38,480 bases of DNA. Origin: Batkoa obscura. Its lineage: Eukaryota. The notes under the pieces are model-generated. The model was not told where the DNA came from. It did not search any database and worked only from the letters and a program-made list of their open reading frames with translations. Where the stretch lies: NCBI GenBank assembly GCA_030770535.1, contig JASVEC010000165.1:1-38480 (forward strand). Reading direction: 5' to 3'. Every line of letters starts with the position of its first letter. The first letter of the stretch is position 1. Position numbers and translations under genes: made by a program. Positions 22,058 through 35,618 of the stretch are shown piece after piece.

Positions 22058-24263
22058 ATATCTATAACTAAAGTGAAAATACTCTTAACCTGAGAATATT
22101 AACTCTAAGGGTTTATATAGTATTTTTATTTATCAAATTGATCTTTAATTTTATAATTCTAATTTTATTTTATTTGATCATCTTATTAAAAAATGTAGAT
22201 TAAATGTGATTTCTCTTATAGAATTTTGAGGTGTCATAAGTTAGATGTAACTTTGTAGTTATGATTTAGTTAATGACTATATTATATCTATTTTATAATG
22301 TCTTCAAATTCTGTAAAGAAACTACATTTAAATTACTTTTGCAATACAGCAAAATAAAATTTTTGTTAACAGAAAATCTTTATAAAGGTAAACCTCGATT
22401 TGATGCCAATTATATTTGGAGAAAGAAATTTGAAACAGGAACCTTTAAACAACTATCAACAAAATTAAAGCAGGTTTTACAAATAATCAAACAAAGTTAA
22501 ACACATCAACGAACTCAATCTCAACAAAATTTTCGACTTAGACAAATATTGATAAGTTTTTGTTACCATTGATCTAATTTCAAGCTATTACAAGGTTACT
22601 ATTTCAAATCTCTCTTTCCAAATGAATATTACTACTACCACCTCAATAGTAATAAATTTATAAAAACTTTATATAACTACCTTTAATATAAAACTCATTC
22701 TATCTTTAATTAAAAGTTTTTATTTGAAAATAAAATGAGTGTCTAAATTGGAATTGATATTTAAAGACAAAATGGTTTTTATATCAAACACAGTTGTTAT
22801 ACTAAACTAATTTTTTATTGAATTTAAACTGAATATTGAACATCGGAGAAAAGTTGAAGTTTAATTTCAACTCATCCAACTACTAATTTTAATATGTAAA
22901 AATAAGTTATTTTTAGGTAAATAATAAATAACAAAGTATATTAAAAATAAAGTTGAATTTTTTTATAAGCCACCAATTTTATTTATAATTTTAATAATCA
23001 GCAGTTAATTCTTTTTTATTTTATCAAAGATAATAACTTCAAGAGCCTCTAAATTGATATTGTGTTTAATTTGAAATATAGCATTAGAAGTAGTTAATGC
23101 ATTGAAATTAATTAATTAATTAATGATTGTATAGTTATAAATAAAATAAACAATAACAAATCAAATATATAATTTTTTATTACCTTTTATACACTTTTAT
23201 TACATTTGAGTGACTTCGTTTTATAATAAGAGCTTTTTAAAAGTTTTAATTAATATGTTTATAATTATCTTAATCAACTTAAATGAAATAACTCTCTATT
23301 AAAATACAAACTTAAAGTTCTCATTTTATTAACTTACTCCAATTGATAAATTCTTGGCAATAAATAAAAAAATTAATTAGTGGATCTCGATGAGCTCACC
23401 CCTATTTGCACGAATAAAAAGCATAAAATATTGAATTTCTTTAGTGTCGCTTTGATTAGTTCAAACAAGTTGAAAGAAAAAAAATACATATTAGATAATT
23501 TGAATAAATTATATAATTATAGTAAAAAAATAATTAATATTAACATCAACTCAATAACTAGTTTAACTTTCAATTTCAATCATTCTTTGGAGTAACAGAT
23601 CGTAATGATGATTTTACTAATTTTAGAAATGAGTAGTTAACTTTTTAAATTTAATAAAGACACCGTTTTTAACCGTTATAAAAAATTATAAATAAGTGTG
23701 AACTGACTCTTAAATTTCGTTTCAAAAACTTTAGGAAAAAAACATCAAACCTGGAATAACTTTAATAAGCTGGTTCCCTTACTAAATTTTATCCATTTCT
23801 TATATTTTCCCTTACATTTAGTCTTTTATTTCTTATTTCTTGTTATTCTTATAATTCAATATTAACATCATGCACCTAAACTCACTACAATCTATATTGT
23901 TTTTGTATTTGTTAACCCATATAACATCAATAACTTTATTAATGATGCTGGGGACATTATATCACCCGATATTCAAGCTATTGAAGATTTATTAATGAAT
24001 ATAAAGCCAACAATTGAACCAACAAAAACAATATATATAAGTTACCCATCACCAACCCCAACTCAAAACAATCGGGTTTTAAAACAAGAAGAGGATGTAC
24101 TTGTAATTACTTCAAAATCTATAATATCAAGTAAGACTTCAACTAATACAACTAAAGTGGAGGTAGTAAAGAACATAGTCATAATAAAGATGGAAATAAA
24201 GAAACCGAAGATAGTGAAGAAGCTGAGAATATACGCTCCAAAGATCCAATTGGCGCATCAACT

Positions 24264-25427
24264 ATGTTTGTGGTTGGCTTAATTACTACATCATTGAATT
24301 TTGTGGCTTGTGGCTATTTATTATATTTAGTTAATAAATTAAGAAAACGAGTAGGCTTTCACTCTAGCTTAAGAATATTAACTTATTCAGTACTTAATGA
24401 TATATTGGTGGGTGGATTCTTTACGTTTTCAATTGTTTATTCTACTTTATTCGATACTTTAGTTTCTGGAAATTCATGTCAATTTATTGGATTTATCATC
24501 AATACTTTAGAAGCAACAGATATGTTATTAATCGGGTTTATTGCTATTTCAACTGCTTTAAAAGCAACTAAAGGGTATGAATTAAAAACAGGGAAATACG
24601 ATTGGTTCCTTTTATTTATTATTATTGGTTTACCACTTATTGCTACCACTATATTAGCTCAATTCCATGCATTTGGACCAGAAGAATTTTGGTGTTTAAT
24701 TGACGATGAAACATTAGCAGGGAAGATAAGTACAATAGCATTATTATTTTTGTATTTAGTAATAGCTATTTTAATATTGGGAGGTTATATGTTAGTACGT
24801 ACTTATAAACATGATCATCATAATAATAAGAACCACTCAACAGAAACACTAAGTACATTGGAAAGTGAAATGTTAAAAGATCCAAGTTTAAATAAGAAAT
24901 TTTATCATCAAATTTATCGCAAATCAATAATGACTTTAGATTATGCTGAAATTAAATTAGAAACTCATTTATTAATTCATTTTTTTCAATATACTCCGCC
25001 AACAGTTCATTTACTTTTAATGTTATTTGATTATAGAGAAAGCTGGGTATTTACGTTAGCTATTTTATCAACTAATTTAAGTGGAGTATTTCAACTTATT
25101 GCTTATCTTCATCATCAAAAAAAGAAGAAATTACAATTTAAAGAATTACATAAAAATACATTAAGAAAATTAAAGTCTCCTGAAAGACATGGTATTTTAA
25201 CTAAGTTTGAATTGACTGAATCAATTTCTCCAAAGGGTGATAATGTTAAATTAAGAAATGCCTCTCATTTTGAACCTTCTCCAATTAAAGATGGATCCCA
25301 CTCAACTATTAGCTTTGCTTTACCTAATTTAAAGTATCAAGATAACGCTTCATTATATTCAAATCAAACTTTATTGTCCATAATTTCTCCCCCTAAAAGT
25401 AGCTACGACAAAAAAGACTTAAAATGA
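24264..25427 (+). CDS. 7-TM G-protein-coupled receptor, cAMP-receptor-like/Git3 class; true start probably upstream (ATG 23870, signal peptide) across two 1-nt frameshifts
   Basis: Seven hydrophobic segments, CQFIGF in TM3, FGPEEFWCLI ECL2 motif, long polar C-terminal tail. Confidence 0.8.
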   Translation: MFVVGLITTSLNFVACGYLLYLVNKLRKRVGFHSSLRILTYSVLNDILVGGFFTFSIVYSTLFDTLVSGNSCQFIGFIINTLEATDMLLIGFIAISTALKATKGYELKTGKYDWFLLFIIIGLPLIATTILAQFHAFGPEEFWCLIDDETLAGKISTIALLFLYLVIAILILGGYMLVRTYKHDHHNNKNHSTETLSTLESEMLKDPSLNKKFYHQIYRKSIMTLDYAEIKLETHLLIHFFQYTPPTVHLLLMLFDYRESWVFTLAILSTNLSGVFQLIAYLHHQKKKKLQFKELHKNTLRKLKSPERHGILTKFELTESISPKGDNVKLRNASHFEPSPIKDGSHSTISFALPNLKYQDNASLYSNQTLLSIISPPKSSYDKKDLK

Positions 25428-25497
25428 GAAGATGATGAATTGGAACAATAAGCAATATCTTATTGTTATTTATATTTTTGCAATTGCTTTTTAATAA

Positions 25498-25504
<7 letters not shown>

Positions 25505-25532
<28 letters not shown>
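25505..25532. repeat. (TTA)n microsatellite
   Basis: About 9 TTA units read directly. Confidence 0.85.
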
Positions 25533-25538
<6 letters not shown>

Positions 25539-25584
25539 AGAATACCTGATGATAAAATAAACTATTTTCATAATTTTACAAAAT

Positions 25585-25678
25585 GGGGACGTATTTTTTT
25601 AACAATTTCACTAACAAATTTTCCACTCAAATAGCGCTCAAAAAACGGAGAAGTGATGAAATCAAAAAAAACACCCCC
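25585..25678 (-). mobile_element. MITE copy 13
   Basis: GGGGACG...CACCCCC; flanks AAAT/AAAC. Confidence 0.88.
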
Positions 25679-25721
25679 AAACAATAAAGTTAAACTGGCA
25701 GTGAAAATACTAATATGATTA

Positions 25722-25802
25722 TTTTATTACTTCTCCGTTTTTTAAGCGCTATTTGAGTGGAAAATTTGCTGGTAAAATTCTTAAACACAAAAATACATCC
25801 CC
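25722..25802 (+). mobile_element. MITE copy 14 (5'-truncated)
   Basis: ATTACTTCTCCGTTTTTTAAGCGCTATTTGAGTGGAAAATTTG...CATCCCC. Confidence 0.85.
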
Positions 25803-25900
25803 ATATCATTATTTTTGAATAAACATTAAGTTAATGCATATTTGAACTTAACATATTCGATTTTTAACTTTTTTCTTGACTTGTGATCATTTCAGAAAAT

Positions 25901-25995
25901 GAGATGTTTTTTTAGTTTCATTACTTTTTCATTTTCTAAGCACTATTTGAGTAGAAAAATTATTAATGAAATCCTTAAGCAAAAAATACATCCCC
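25901..25995 (+). mobile_element. MITE copy 15
   Basis: GAGATG...CATCCCC, TSD AAAT. Confidence 0.88.
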
Positions 25996-26483
25996 AAATG
26001 CTAACTTTTACTAGTCGTTATCAAATTTAATGCAGTCAAGCTAAATTTAAAAGCTATTTTTGATATATATATAAAAGCTATATTTTTTATAAGATTTTTA
26101 ATTTTAAATTAATTTTTAAATTATACTTATTAATTAATATCACAAGGTCCTTACATTAAATTAAATAGATATGATAATTAATGAAATTGTTAGATACTAT
26201 AGTAATTTTTATCCTGCTTGTACTAAAATCATATCTGCCAACTAATAATACTTTAGCCAATTAGTACATAACCCTTTTGTCAAAATATTTTTAACCTCTG
26301 CCAAAAATTTTAAAAATACATTCATGTTTTTATTTCATGCAATAAAAAGTCTAATATTTTAATACCAAAATCCAAGTTTTTAAAGCATAAAAATCGAGGC
26401 TTATAGTTTAAAAATAATAAATCAACAATTATTACGAAATATTCTCTTTTATTTATTTATTTATTTACGTATTATAATTTATC

Positions 26484-28148
26484 ATGACATTTATTTATTT
26501 AGTATTGATACTATTGTTATCCTTTGTAATAATTTGCCAATCGATAATAGAATCCTCTTCAATACTATACAATCAAAATATAATAATAATAGCAGCCAAT
26601 TCATCTACCAACAACATTAACACTAACAATGGTCAATCTGTCTATAATTATAATTTAACTCAACCTCATTTATTAGCAAACAAAACATTAACTAAAATTA
26701 ACAATTTACCCTTATCATCATCAACATACACTAAATTGTTCACCGTTTGTCAACAAGATCAGTATACTATCTACATATACCAACAACCCAAGTTACAACA
26801 TTTGCTTCCAGTCAACACAACAATTTCCAGCTTTTATATATTAAATCCAGACAATTCAACCTTACTTGCCAGTCCAGAAATCAATAATAATAGCCCAATA
26901 CAACGAAGTGGTAGCAGTATAATAATAACCAAAGACAATCAACTATATTTATTTGGTGGTTATATTAAACATCCCAATTATTCTCAATTATTATTAACAA
27001 GACAATTTTATCACTTTAATTTTACTAGCAATCAATGGATAGATTTGACTTATACAACAGATGAAGCAAAAATACCCCCATCTGCTTATCATACAGCTAC
27101 ACTAATAGAAGATCGATATATGGTTATACTAGGAGGCTCTATTAATTTATTAAATGAAGATGGAAGAATATTGTATAATAATATAACAGATGAATTAAAT
27201 AAGCCCTTTAATTTAATTTATTTATTTGATATTCAATTATTGACTTGGAAAAAAATTATTATTAATAACGCCCCTACGGAAGCTAGAATTGGCCATACAA
27301 CTACTTATTTTAAAAATAAAAAACAACTCATTATTTATGGTGGATTAAGCAATTGTAACAATACTTTACAATTAACCTCAGATTTATATTTACTCAATTT
27401 AACCTCCTGGCAAATGGAATCCCGTCCACTCCTTAATTATGATAATACTTTATCTAATTTAAAATTAGCTTTTCATTCCGCTTTATTAATACAAAATAAT
27501 TATTTTTTATTCTTCGGTCAAAAAGATAGTAATCAGCGTTATATAAAAGATTTTTATGTTATTAATACAGATAATTGGCAACATAGTATCACTATTAATA
27601 GTACATTACCAACAAAATCTTCTCATATGAGAACTGGCGTTACTCAATCAAATAACAATAATGATAATACAAAAGAATTGTTATCTCCCACAGATAAACT
27701 GGTCTTAGCTATAGTAATGGGAATTATAGGTGGTATATTACTCTCCGGTTTGCTTCTTCTCATCTTCAATTATTATAAAAAAAATCGAATTACTTCCCCC
27801 AAGTTAGATCAAATAAGTTTCCTTCAATTACCACCTGATTCCAATTCTTCATTTCCTAATCTACAATTCAATCATTCCCAGTCCAACTTATGGGATTTAG
27901 ACTCTCAATATGCTTACTCTACTTATTTAAATCATACATTACTTAATTTCAATACCTCGGGATTTAAAAGAGAGAGTTGGCAAAGGGAAGAGGAAAGGGA
28001 AGACACATTAGTTAATAGAAGATGGTCATTAGATGAAGTGAATATTTTTAGGTTAAAAAGGTATAGTGAAATTATAATGGAAAGATATGAAGAAATTGGT
28101 TTAATGGATGAATTGGATGAGACGAAGGTAATGGGACAGGAGAAGTAG
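26484..28148 (+). CDS. Kelch/galactose-oxidase-repeat type I membrane protein (554 aa)
   Basis: Signal peptide; Kelch blades LYLFGG, YHTATL...MVILGG, ARIGHT...LIIYGG, AFHSA...FFG; single TM segment LAIVMGIIGGILLSGLLLLIF. Confidence 0.88.
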   Translation: MTFIYLVLILLLSFVIICQSIIESSSILYNQNIIIIAANSSTNNINTNNGQSVYNYNLTQPHLLANKTLTKINNLPLSSSTYTKLFTVCQQDQYTIYIYQQPKLQHLLPVNTTISSFYILNPDNSTLLASPEINNNSPIQRSGSSIIITKDNQLYLFGGYIKHPNYSQLLLTRQFYHFNFTSNQWIDLTYTTDEAKIPPSAYHTATLIEDRYMVILGGSINLLNEDGRILYNNITDELNKPFNLIYLFDIQLLTWKKIIINNAPTEARIGHTTTYFKNKKQLIIYGGLSNCNNTLQLTSDLYLLNLTSWQMESRPLLNYDNTLSNLKLAFHSALLIQNNYFLFFGQKDSNQRYIKDFYVINTDNWQHSITINSTLPTKSSHMRTGVTQSNNNNDNTKELLSPTDKLVLAIVMGIIGGILLSGLLLLIFNYYKKNRITSPKLDQISFLQLPPDSNSSFPNLQFNHSQSNLWDLDSQYAYSTYLNHTLLNFNTSGFKRESWQREEEREDTLVNRRWSLDEVNIFRLKRYSEIIMERYEEIGLMDELDETKVMGQEK

Positions 28149-28588
28149 AGTTTCAAGTTTTGCGGTTTTTGTAGTTTTAGTTTACTATAATTTATGTTTT
28201 GGTTTTAATGAAATAAAAAAGTTGAAAATTTTTGGAATTTTTTGGGCAGGAAAATTGTTGACTACTTTTTTTACTATCATTATATGAATAAATTATATTA
28301 TCATATAAAATGAATACAAATAATACCAATAATAAGGGTTTATTTATTAAACAAAAAATACCGAATCCTAAAATTACAATAAAAAAATAGTGAATTCTAA
28401 TATTCTAATTGAAAAAATACAGCACTTATAAAAACTCAATAATAATTTATTCAAAATTGAATTTTCAGTTAAACACAAAAAATCACGTAAGCTAGCAAAT
28501 TTTATTTGAAATAAAATACCCCAAACTTTTGCATTTAAAAACCTAACTTTCTTATATTTTTATATTTTAATTTCAATTTAGATAAACG

Positions 28589-30432
28589 ATGCCTTCCAGT
28601 AATAATCCAGTAGATGATAATGGGAATGAATCCGATGCTTTATTAAACCCACCACCTTATGATCCTACACCATCAACAAATATAAGCTACGGTGCCACTC
28701 CCAACAGCAGCAAACCACGTTTAAGTAGCTATTTAGAGTCTGGGTCTTACCGTTCTAATCGTTCCAGTGGAGTATTAAGTGGACGTAGAGGAAGTCAACA
28801 TAGCGTCTCATCCGATATATTAAAGCCTACCATCTATGACAGTATCAACCAACATTTAGGTCAAAATCCAACCGTAATTCCATCCTACTCAGGGTACACA
28901 AGCTCCGAGATTGGACTTGGAGTCAATAATATTATTGATGTTGCAGAAAGCGCACCATTCATGGATATTGAACCTTCGGATATAACTTTTAAAAGGGTAG
29001 TTAATGAGTCTTATTTATTATCCAAATTAGCTATACCAATTGTTATCAGTTATGTTTTACAAAATATCATTCCATTAGCTTCAGTTTATTCATTAGGTCA
29101 TTTGGTAAGCTTTTATTATTATTACCATATGTTGTTTTTTATATGTTTTTTATCCAAAAGGGTCCTACAGAATTAGCTGCCTCCGCATTAAGTAATATGT
29201 TTGCTTCTGTTACTGGTTGGTCTGTAGCAATGGGTATGGCTACAGCTTTAGATACACTATGTTCTCAAGCTTTTACAGGGGCAAGAAATTTACATATAGT
29301 AGGTATCTATTTACAAAGAGGGATCTTGATCTCATTAACTCTCCTCATTCCCGTATCCTTCTTGTGGCTATATGCAGAGAACATATTATTATTATTAAAG
29401 CAAGATCCAGAGTTAGCTTATTATTGCGGTCGATATTTAAAGATCTTATTATTAGGAGCACCCCCATATATTGTTTTTGAATGCTTAAAGAAATTTTTAC
29501 AAGCTCAAGATATCATGACAGCTGCTACTTATATTCTCTTCTCCGTTATTCCAATCAATGTAGTATTAAATTTTTTATTAGTGTTTTATGAACCAACTAG
29601 ATTAGGTTTTGATGGTGCACCCTTAACTGTTGCATTAACTAATTGGTGTATGATGATCTTTGCTATTATCTATATAAGATTATTTAAAGGCTATCAAGCA
29701 TGGGGTGGATGGACAAAAGAAAGCTTAGATGGTTGGTATGAATTTTTGAAATTAGGAATTCCTGGAATTATTATGGTATGTGCTGAATGGTGGGCATTTG
29801 AGGTCATGGGGTTGGCAGCTTCATATTTAGGAAAAGCACCCCTTGCAGCACATGCAGTCTCATTAACTACATGTAATTTATTTTACATGGTACCTTTGGG
29901 ATTGAGTATAGCAGCTTCTAATCGAATGGGCAACCTTCTCGGAGATGCAACTAGCAATCGAGCTAAACTATGTGGGTTAGCAGCTTTATTATTAGCATTA
30001 CTATTTTCCATGATCAATTCTACTATCTTAGTTGTTTTCAGGGATTTCTGGGGTTATTTGTTTACGGACGATGAATCAGTAGCTTTATTAGCTAAATCTA
30101 TACTTCCAATTGCTGCTTTATTTCAAGTGTTTGATGGATTGAGTGGTGTATCTGGTGGCTTATTAAGAGGGCAAGGAAGACAGAAACTGGGTGCAATTGT
30201 TAATGTTATTGCTTATTATGGTTTATCATTACCCATTGGATTTTATTTAGCTTTTGGTTTAGGTTGGGGTGTTTATGGTTTATGGTGGGGATTAGCTATT
30301 GCTTTATTTCTATGTGCTTTAACTTTAGTATCTGCTATTTTATATACTAATTGGGAAGAGGAGGTTTTTAATTGTCAAGAAAGATTAAGGCAAGAGGAAA
30401 TGGACAGAATGAATGGACCAGAAATTGTTTAA
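28589..30432 (+). CDS. MATE family efflux transporter (ERC1-like); intron 29105-29160
   Basis: LGHL|GPTELAAS, GMATALDTLCSQAFTG, LQRG, AEWWAFE, SNRMGNLLG, LLRGQGRQ. Confidence 0.93.
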
Positions 30433-32189
30433 ATAATAGAACGATTTTATTTTATATTATATGTTTGGTTTTGTATTTTAGGTTCAAAGAAGTGTGCAAA
30501 TAATAATAATAACTCTTTTTAGTGAATAAATAAAGGTTAGGTTGATGAATTTAGTTTGAAGGAATGGTTTTTTAGCACTAGTTTATTAATATATTATTAA
30601 ACAAAAGGTATGCATTTTTACTAGAATATTACTTTATCAATATTAAATTAAATTATTTTACTTTTCAAATTCATTTAACTATTACTCTATTCATATACTT
30701 GATTAAGGATCAATTAGTTTTTAAAAAATGACAATGCATTGTATTCTTTATACCTGATAATAACATATAAATAGCTAATAAATCAAAGTATAGATCAATA
30801 TATTAACTTTTGACTACCTTATTATACTTTCAATATTATTTTATCAAATATTTATATTCTAAAATACATCTGATGTCTTATTTTAGTTTTGTTTGTTTAT
30901 TTATCCACTTTTTATATGGCAGAAAATTAAATTTATAAAAAAAATTTCAAAGAAACGCTCACATTAAGTTTAGTTTTATTTAATTTAATAAACAAAAAGA
31001 CAATATCAAAATAATAAAATAGAATAAGCGTAAACTAAATAAACTCGAAATAAATGCCTAAAACCCTTCAATAAAGATTCACTATTCCTGAATTATTTTT
31101 TTATAATATCAGTTTTTGTTAGATAAAATTTAAATAATCAAAATAAAAGTTGTACTTTAGTAGTAAATTATAATGAACCTAACACTATTATCTCATTACC
31201 GATATGTATTAATAATCCATTGATAATATACTAATAATATATCTAAAGCTATTTTGATCATTCAAATAAACCACTTTTTATCCATTCAATATATATAATA
31301 ACTTCAACCATCCATGAAAACTTAAAATAATAAAAAATGACATGATTATTTTTATAGTAAATAAAAATGCGATAAAGCATGGATTCATATATAAAAGTTT
31401 AACTTACTTTTAATTATCATGTTATTCTTGACACTCATAGTTTTTGTCATTTTTATTAATAAAACATCTGTTCAAATTATAAAAGATTGCTTTAATTAGG
31501 ATTAAGTCTACTATGAATATAAATAAAGACCCAGTTTGAAATATGAAAACTAACTTGGAGGTTAACGAGTTTAAATCAAAAAAACAAATTCACTTGAAAG
31601 TTGGCTCCTTTAGCGCATTTACACTATCGTCCCTTTCAACTTAGTTTTCCCTATTCTTTAAGTCACCATTTTCTTCTTTTACTGTTACTAATTCAAAGTG
31701 ACAGCCATTTGTTTTAAACGCCTATTTTTAAATAAAAATTTACTCTAATATTTAGCAAACTAGATCCTTTAATAATAATCTAATACCACATAGATCATTG
31801 ATTTAAGCACTACTTAGCATATAATTCTTTAAAATTGTAATACCCATATCCTTATCCTTATAATAATAACAGTCTATTACTTCAAAATTCAAGGTTTTTT
31901 AATCAACTTAAGATAAAGTGATAGTATAATCTTTATCACCATTCAAAGTATCACCATCAAAGTATCACCATCTATTACACATCATCCTTTAAACTTTTAA
32001 TAAGAACCTTCCTAACTTCAATTATAAAAGAATAATAATACCAGCAAATTGATTATTATTAATTTGGTTTAGTTTAAAGCTTTGCCTTACTATCTAAAAA
32101 GGCTGTTTAGTCATTTTTCATTCTTGATCTAATTCTAATTTCGGCAGGTGATAGTTTAATTATTTTTTTTATTATCTAGATTATAAATT

Positions 32190-32262
32190 GGGGAACTAGC
32201 TCAGATGGTAGAGCGCTCGCTTAGCATGCGAGAGGCACCGGGATCGATGCCCGGGTTCTCCA
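32190..32262 (+). tRNA. tRNA-Ala (anticodon AGC), intronless
   Basis: Acceptor stem GGGGAAC/GTTCTCC with G3-U70, D arm GCTCAGATGGTAGAGC, anticodon arm CTCGC-TTAGCAT-GCGAG, T arm CCGGG-ATCGATG-CCCGG; T-run downstream. Confidence 0.97.
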
Positions 32263-33960
32263 CTTACTTAAGCGTCTCTATTTTTAGATCTCAATTTGCT
32301 ATAACACACCTACTATCTATCATAACTTTTTTTCATTGTTTCAAATTAGTATTTATTAAATATTATCAAACCTTTTAACATGAGATTATTTTTATTAGAT
32401 GTTAAAACTGTTAATAAATTTAGTTATTATAATTTTTAAAATGAAAGATGAAGCAAATTAAAAAGTTTAAAATATTTTTAATGACATTAGTATCTTTTAT
32501 TGCACTCATTTTTTCAATAATAAAATCATTTAGCCTTATACCAATGTTTTAAATTTTTTAAATATAAATTAAAACCTATCAAAAAGGAGCTATTGAATTG
32601 CCAATTCTGTTCAAGTATCTTCCTTCTTGATAGCTCTTAATTAAACATACTCTTAAAAAAAATAAGGTGGTATATAATGGTGGTGGACGGATAGGATATA
32701 GCTATCGATTATAATTCATATTTTACATAACTAAAAGCCGGATTGTGTTTTTAAAACTATACACTCAGAATGGTGATTATCATAAGTAATATAATAACTA
32801 TGATTAGTTTACTAACTTCATTTATCCAACTGATTTAGATAATCTATTTTTTTTTTACTTTTATTTTTCCAAGGGTTTAAATGTTAATTTAATTTTAAAG
32901 GTGCAGCAAGAACCCTTTTAATTTGAATAAATATAGAATAAAATAATTATAAAAATAACTAATTGACTATACTTTACCATTTTATTTCATCTATTTAATT
33001 TAGTTAGTTTACACCAAGTTTCTCTTTTTCATAAGGGTCTTTACTATTTTATTAAGTTTTCATTTATTATTTTTTGTTAATTTACTAGTTTTGGTAAGAA
33101 TTAAACATGGAGTTTTTGTAGGTATTTCTTTAATATATTAGAAATCGGAAGTTGATTGAAGAGTCGAAATATTGAGTTAGAAGTCTAAGGTAGTCTATTA
33201 AATAAAACCGAAGTGAGTTTGTTATAGTGTAAATCGTTTTGAACCTGAGGCTGATATGATTGTATTAGTGATAGTATTTAGTTTTTTTACACAATAATAA
33301 TAATCAAAAGTTAAAAAATAAAGTATAATTAAAGTATTTCACCATTTTGTGGTTTATTTGGTTATCAAGAAAATTCAAGAATAAAATAATAAATCAAAAT
33401 TGTAAACTTTACTATCAAAACTTAAAAAAAGTAAATAGATGGCTTCTTGTAATTTAATGAATCTATTTCTACTACTCCCTACATGTTAACCTTCCGTTTT
33501 CTACTCCCATTTCGTTTTTTACACCCTCAACAATATAGATACTCAGATCAGTTGCATTGTAAAGCTTTGGAAAAATGAATGAAAAATAAAGTTGAGATAG
33601 TTTATGATTTTCTAACATCTTCTTTAAGCTATCAGGAACAATTGAAAATTAGCCTACTTAAATTCATTTAACTGATTAAAAGTTAATAATCTCCATAATA
33701 AACCTTATTTAATTAACTAAATAATCATTGACAATTAGCAATATATCGAATCTATCATCTCCATTGGCTGAATTCAATAAAAAACATCAGGATCCAAAGA
33801 ATACAATCTCTAATTTAAAAAATTCAAATATCTCAATTTTTATCCGTACCATGACACATTTGACAGTCTTAAATTACGGGTAATCTAAATCAACCATAAC
33901 AATATGAAAATACTATAAATACCAATCAAATTGATTTAAATTCCCTACTTGATTTCAATA

Positions 33961-35618
33961 ATGTCCTGAAGAAAGCATTCCATCAACGAAACTCTTTGAC
34001 ACCAACCAAAAGCTACAAAACTACCATACAATTCATAATGCATCTTCAGATACTTTAGTCAATTTAGCTCAAGTAGAGTCCCCTCGATTTAACACAAAAA
34101 ATGATAAACTACAAGAAATAGATTTTGTTACTACTCCCGTATGGAACGATTATAAATCCGAGATGTACTATTTATTTACTACTGGTTTACCTGTTATTGT
34201 AGCTATGTTTTTGTCTTATGCTATGCCATTAGCTAATATCTTTTCAATTGGGCATTTGGTAAATTTCTATTCATTTCTAATGTTTATTGAAACTAATTAG
34301 TATTTCTTCTTTAGGGTACTAAACAACTTGGTGCTGCTGCTTTAAGTAATATGTTTGCAGCAATTACCGGTTGGTCTTTATCCATTGGTATGGCCACTGC
34401 TTTAGACACTCTTTGTTCCCAAGCTTTTACTGGTAGCAATAACCCTCATGCAGTAGGATTACATTTACAAAGAGGGATCCTAGTCTCTTTAACAATGTTT
34501 ATACCCATCAGTTTTGTTTGGTTAAATTCTGAAAAATTAATGTTACTTATTGGACAAGATCCAGAATTATCAAAGCTTTGTGGGGTTTATATGAAACATT
34601 TGTTATTTGGGGCACCTGCTTTTATGGCATTTGAGTGCTTAAAGAGATATTTTCAAGCACAGAGTAAGTTATTTTATAATATATATTATTTAATAGCAAT
34701 TAATTTTTATTTATAGAAATCATGCGTGCTCAAACTGATATTACCATAGCTGTATTACCTATTAATTTAATTTTGGTATATTTTTTAGTTATGAATGACT
34801 CTACCTCCCTTGGTTTTAAAGGTGCACCAATAGCTTCATCAATTACCTATTGGCTATGTTTAACCTTTGGCATCTTATATTCAAAATACATTAATGGTTC
34901 TCAGTGTTGGGGTGGATTCACTAAACAGGCTTTAACCGGATGGGGGCCATATATTAAATTAGGTGTACCTGGGATCTTACAATTATGTAGTGAATGGTGG
35001 GCCTTTGAAATTATGTCTTTAGCAGCTTCTTATTTAGGCACCAATGAGCTAGCTGCTCAATCTATTGTATTGTCTATTACTAATACCGTATGGTCAGTAC
35101 CAGTAGGCATGTCAATTGCTGCTAGTAATCGAATTGGGAATTTATTGGGTGCATCAATGCCTATTAAATCCAAACATACCAGTCGTTGTGCTTTGGTTTT
35201 AGCTTTAATTATGCCTTTTTTTAATTCGACGTTCTTATTGTTGTTTTCAAAAAAATTGAGTGAATTGTTTACGGATGATCAAAAGGTAATTGAAATTGTT
35301 CAAATCATTATTCCTGTTGCTGCTTTGTATCAAATTTTTGATAGTGTCTTTACAGTATCGAATGGTATCTTAAGAGGCCAAGGTAAACAAGCTATTGGAG
35401 CTATTGTGAACGTTATTGCCTTTTATATAATTGCTATACCTTTGGGATTATATGTGACTTTTCAATGGAATTTTGGAGTGTTGGGACTTTGGTTTGGTAC
35501 TTGTTTAGCTTTGTTAATTACGTCTTCGACATTGGGCTATGTTATCTTGACATGCGATTGGGAGTTAGAAGTTAATAATTGTAAAAATAGATTAAAAGAA
35601 TCGAAAACTTCTTTTTAG
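33961..35618 (+). CDS. MATE family efflux transporter, paralog 2; introns 34259-34314 and 34664-34716; start uncertain (ATG 33961 is 1 nt out of frame, first in-frame ATG is 34163)
   Basis: IGHL|GTKQLGAA, GMATALDTLCSQAFTG, SEWWAFE, SNRIGNLLG, ILRGQGKQ. Confidence 0.88.

Noticed and set aside
22270..22700. Possible decayed F-box/LRR-type gene fragment
   Set aside because: Too degenerate to support without a homology search
31540..32150. Inverted repeats (GAAAACTAA/TTAGTTTTC) and a coding-like minus-strand relic with stops
   Set aside because: Pairings are short and mutually exclusive; it looks more like an unidentifiable pseudogene fragment than an RNA gene
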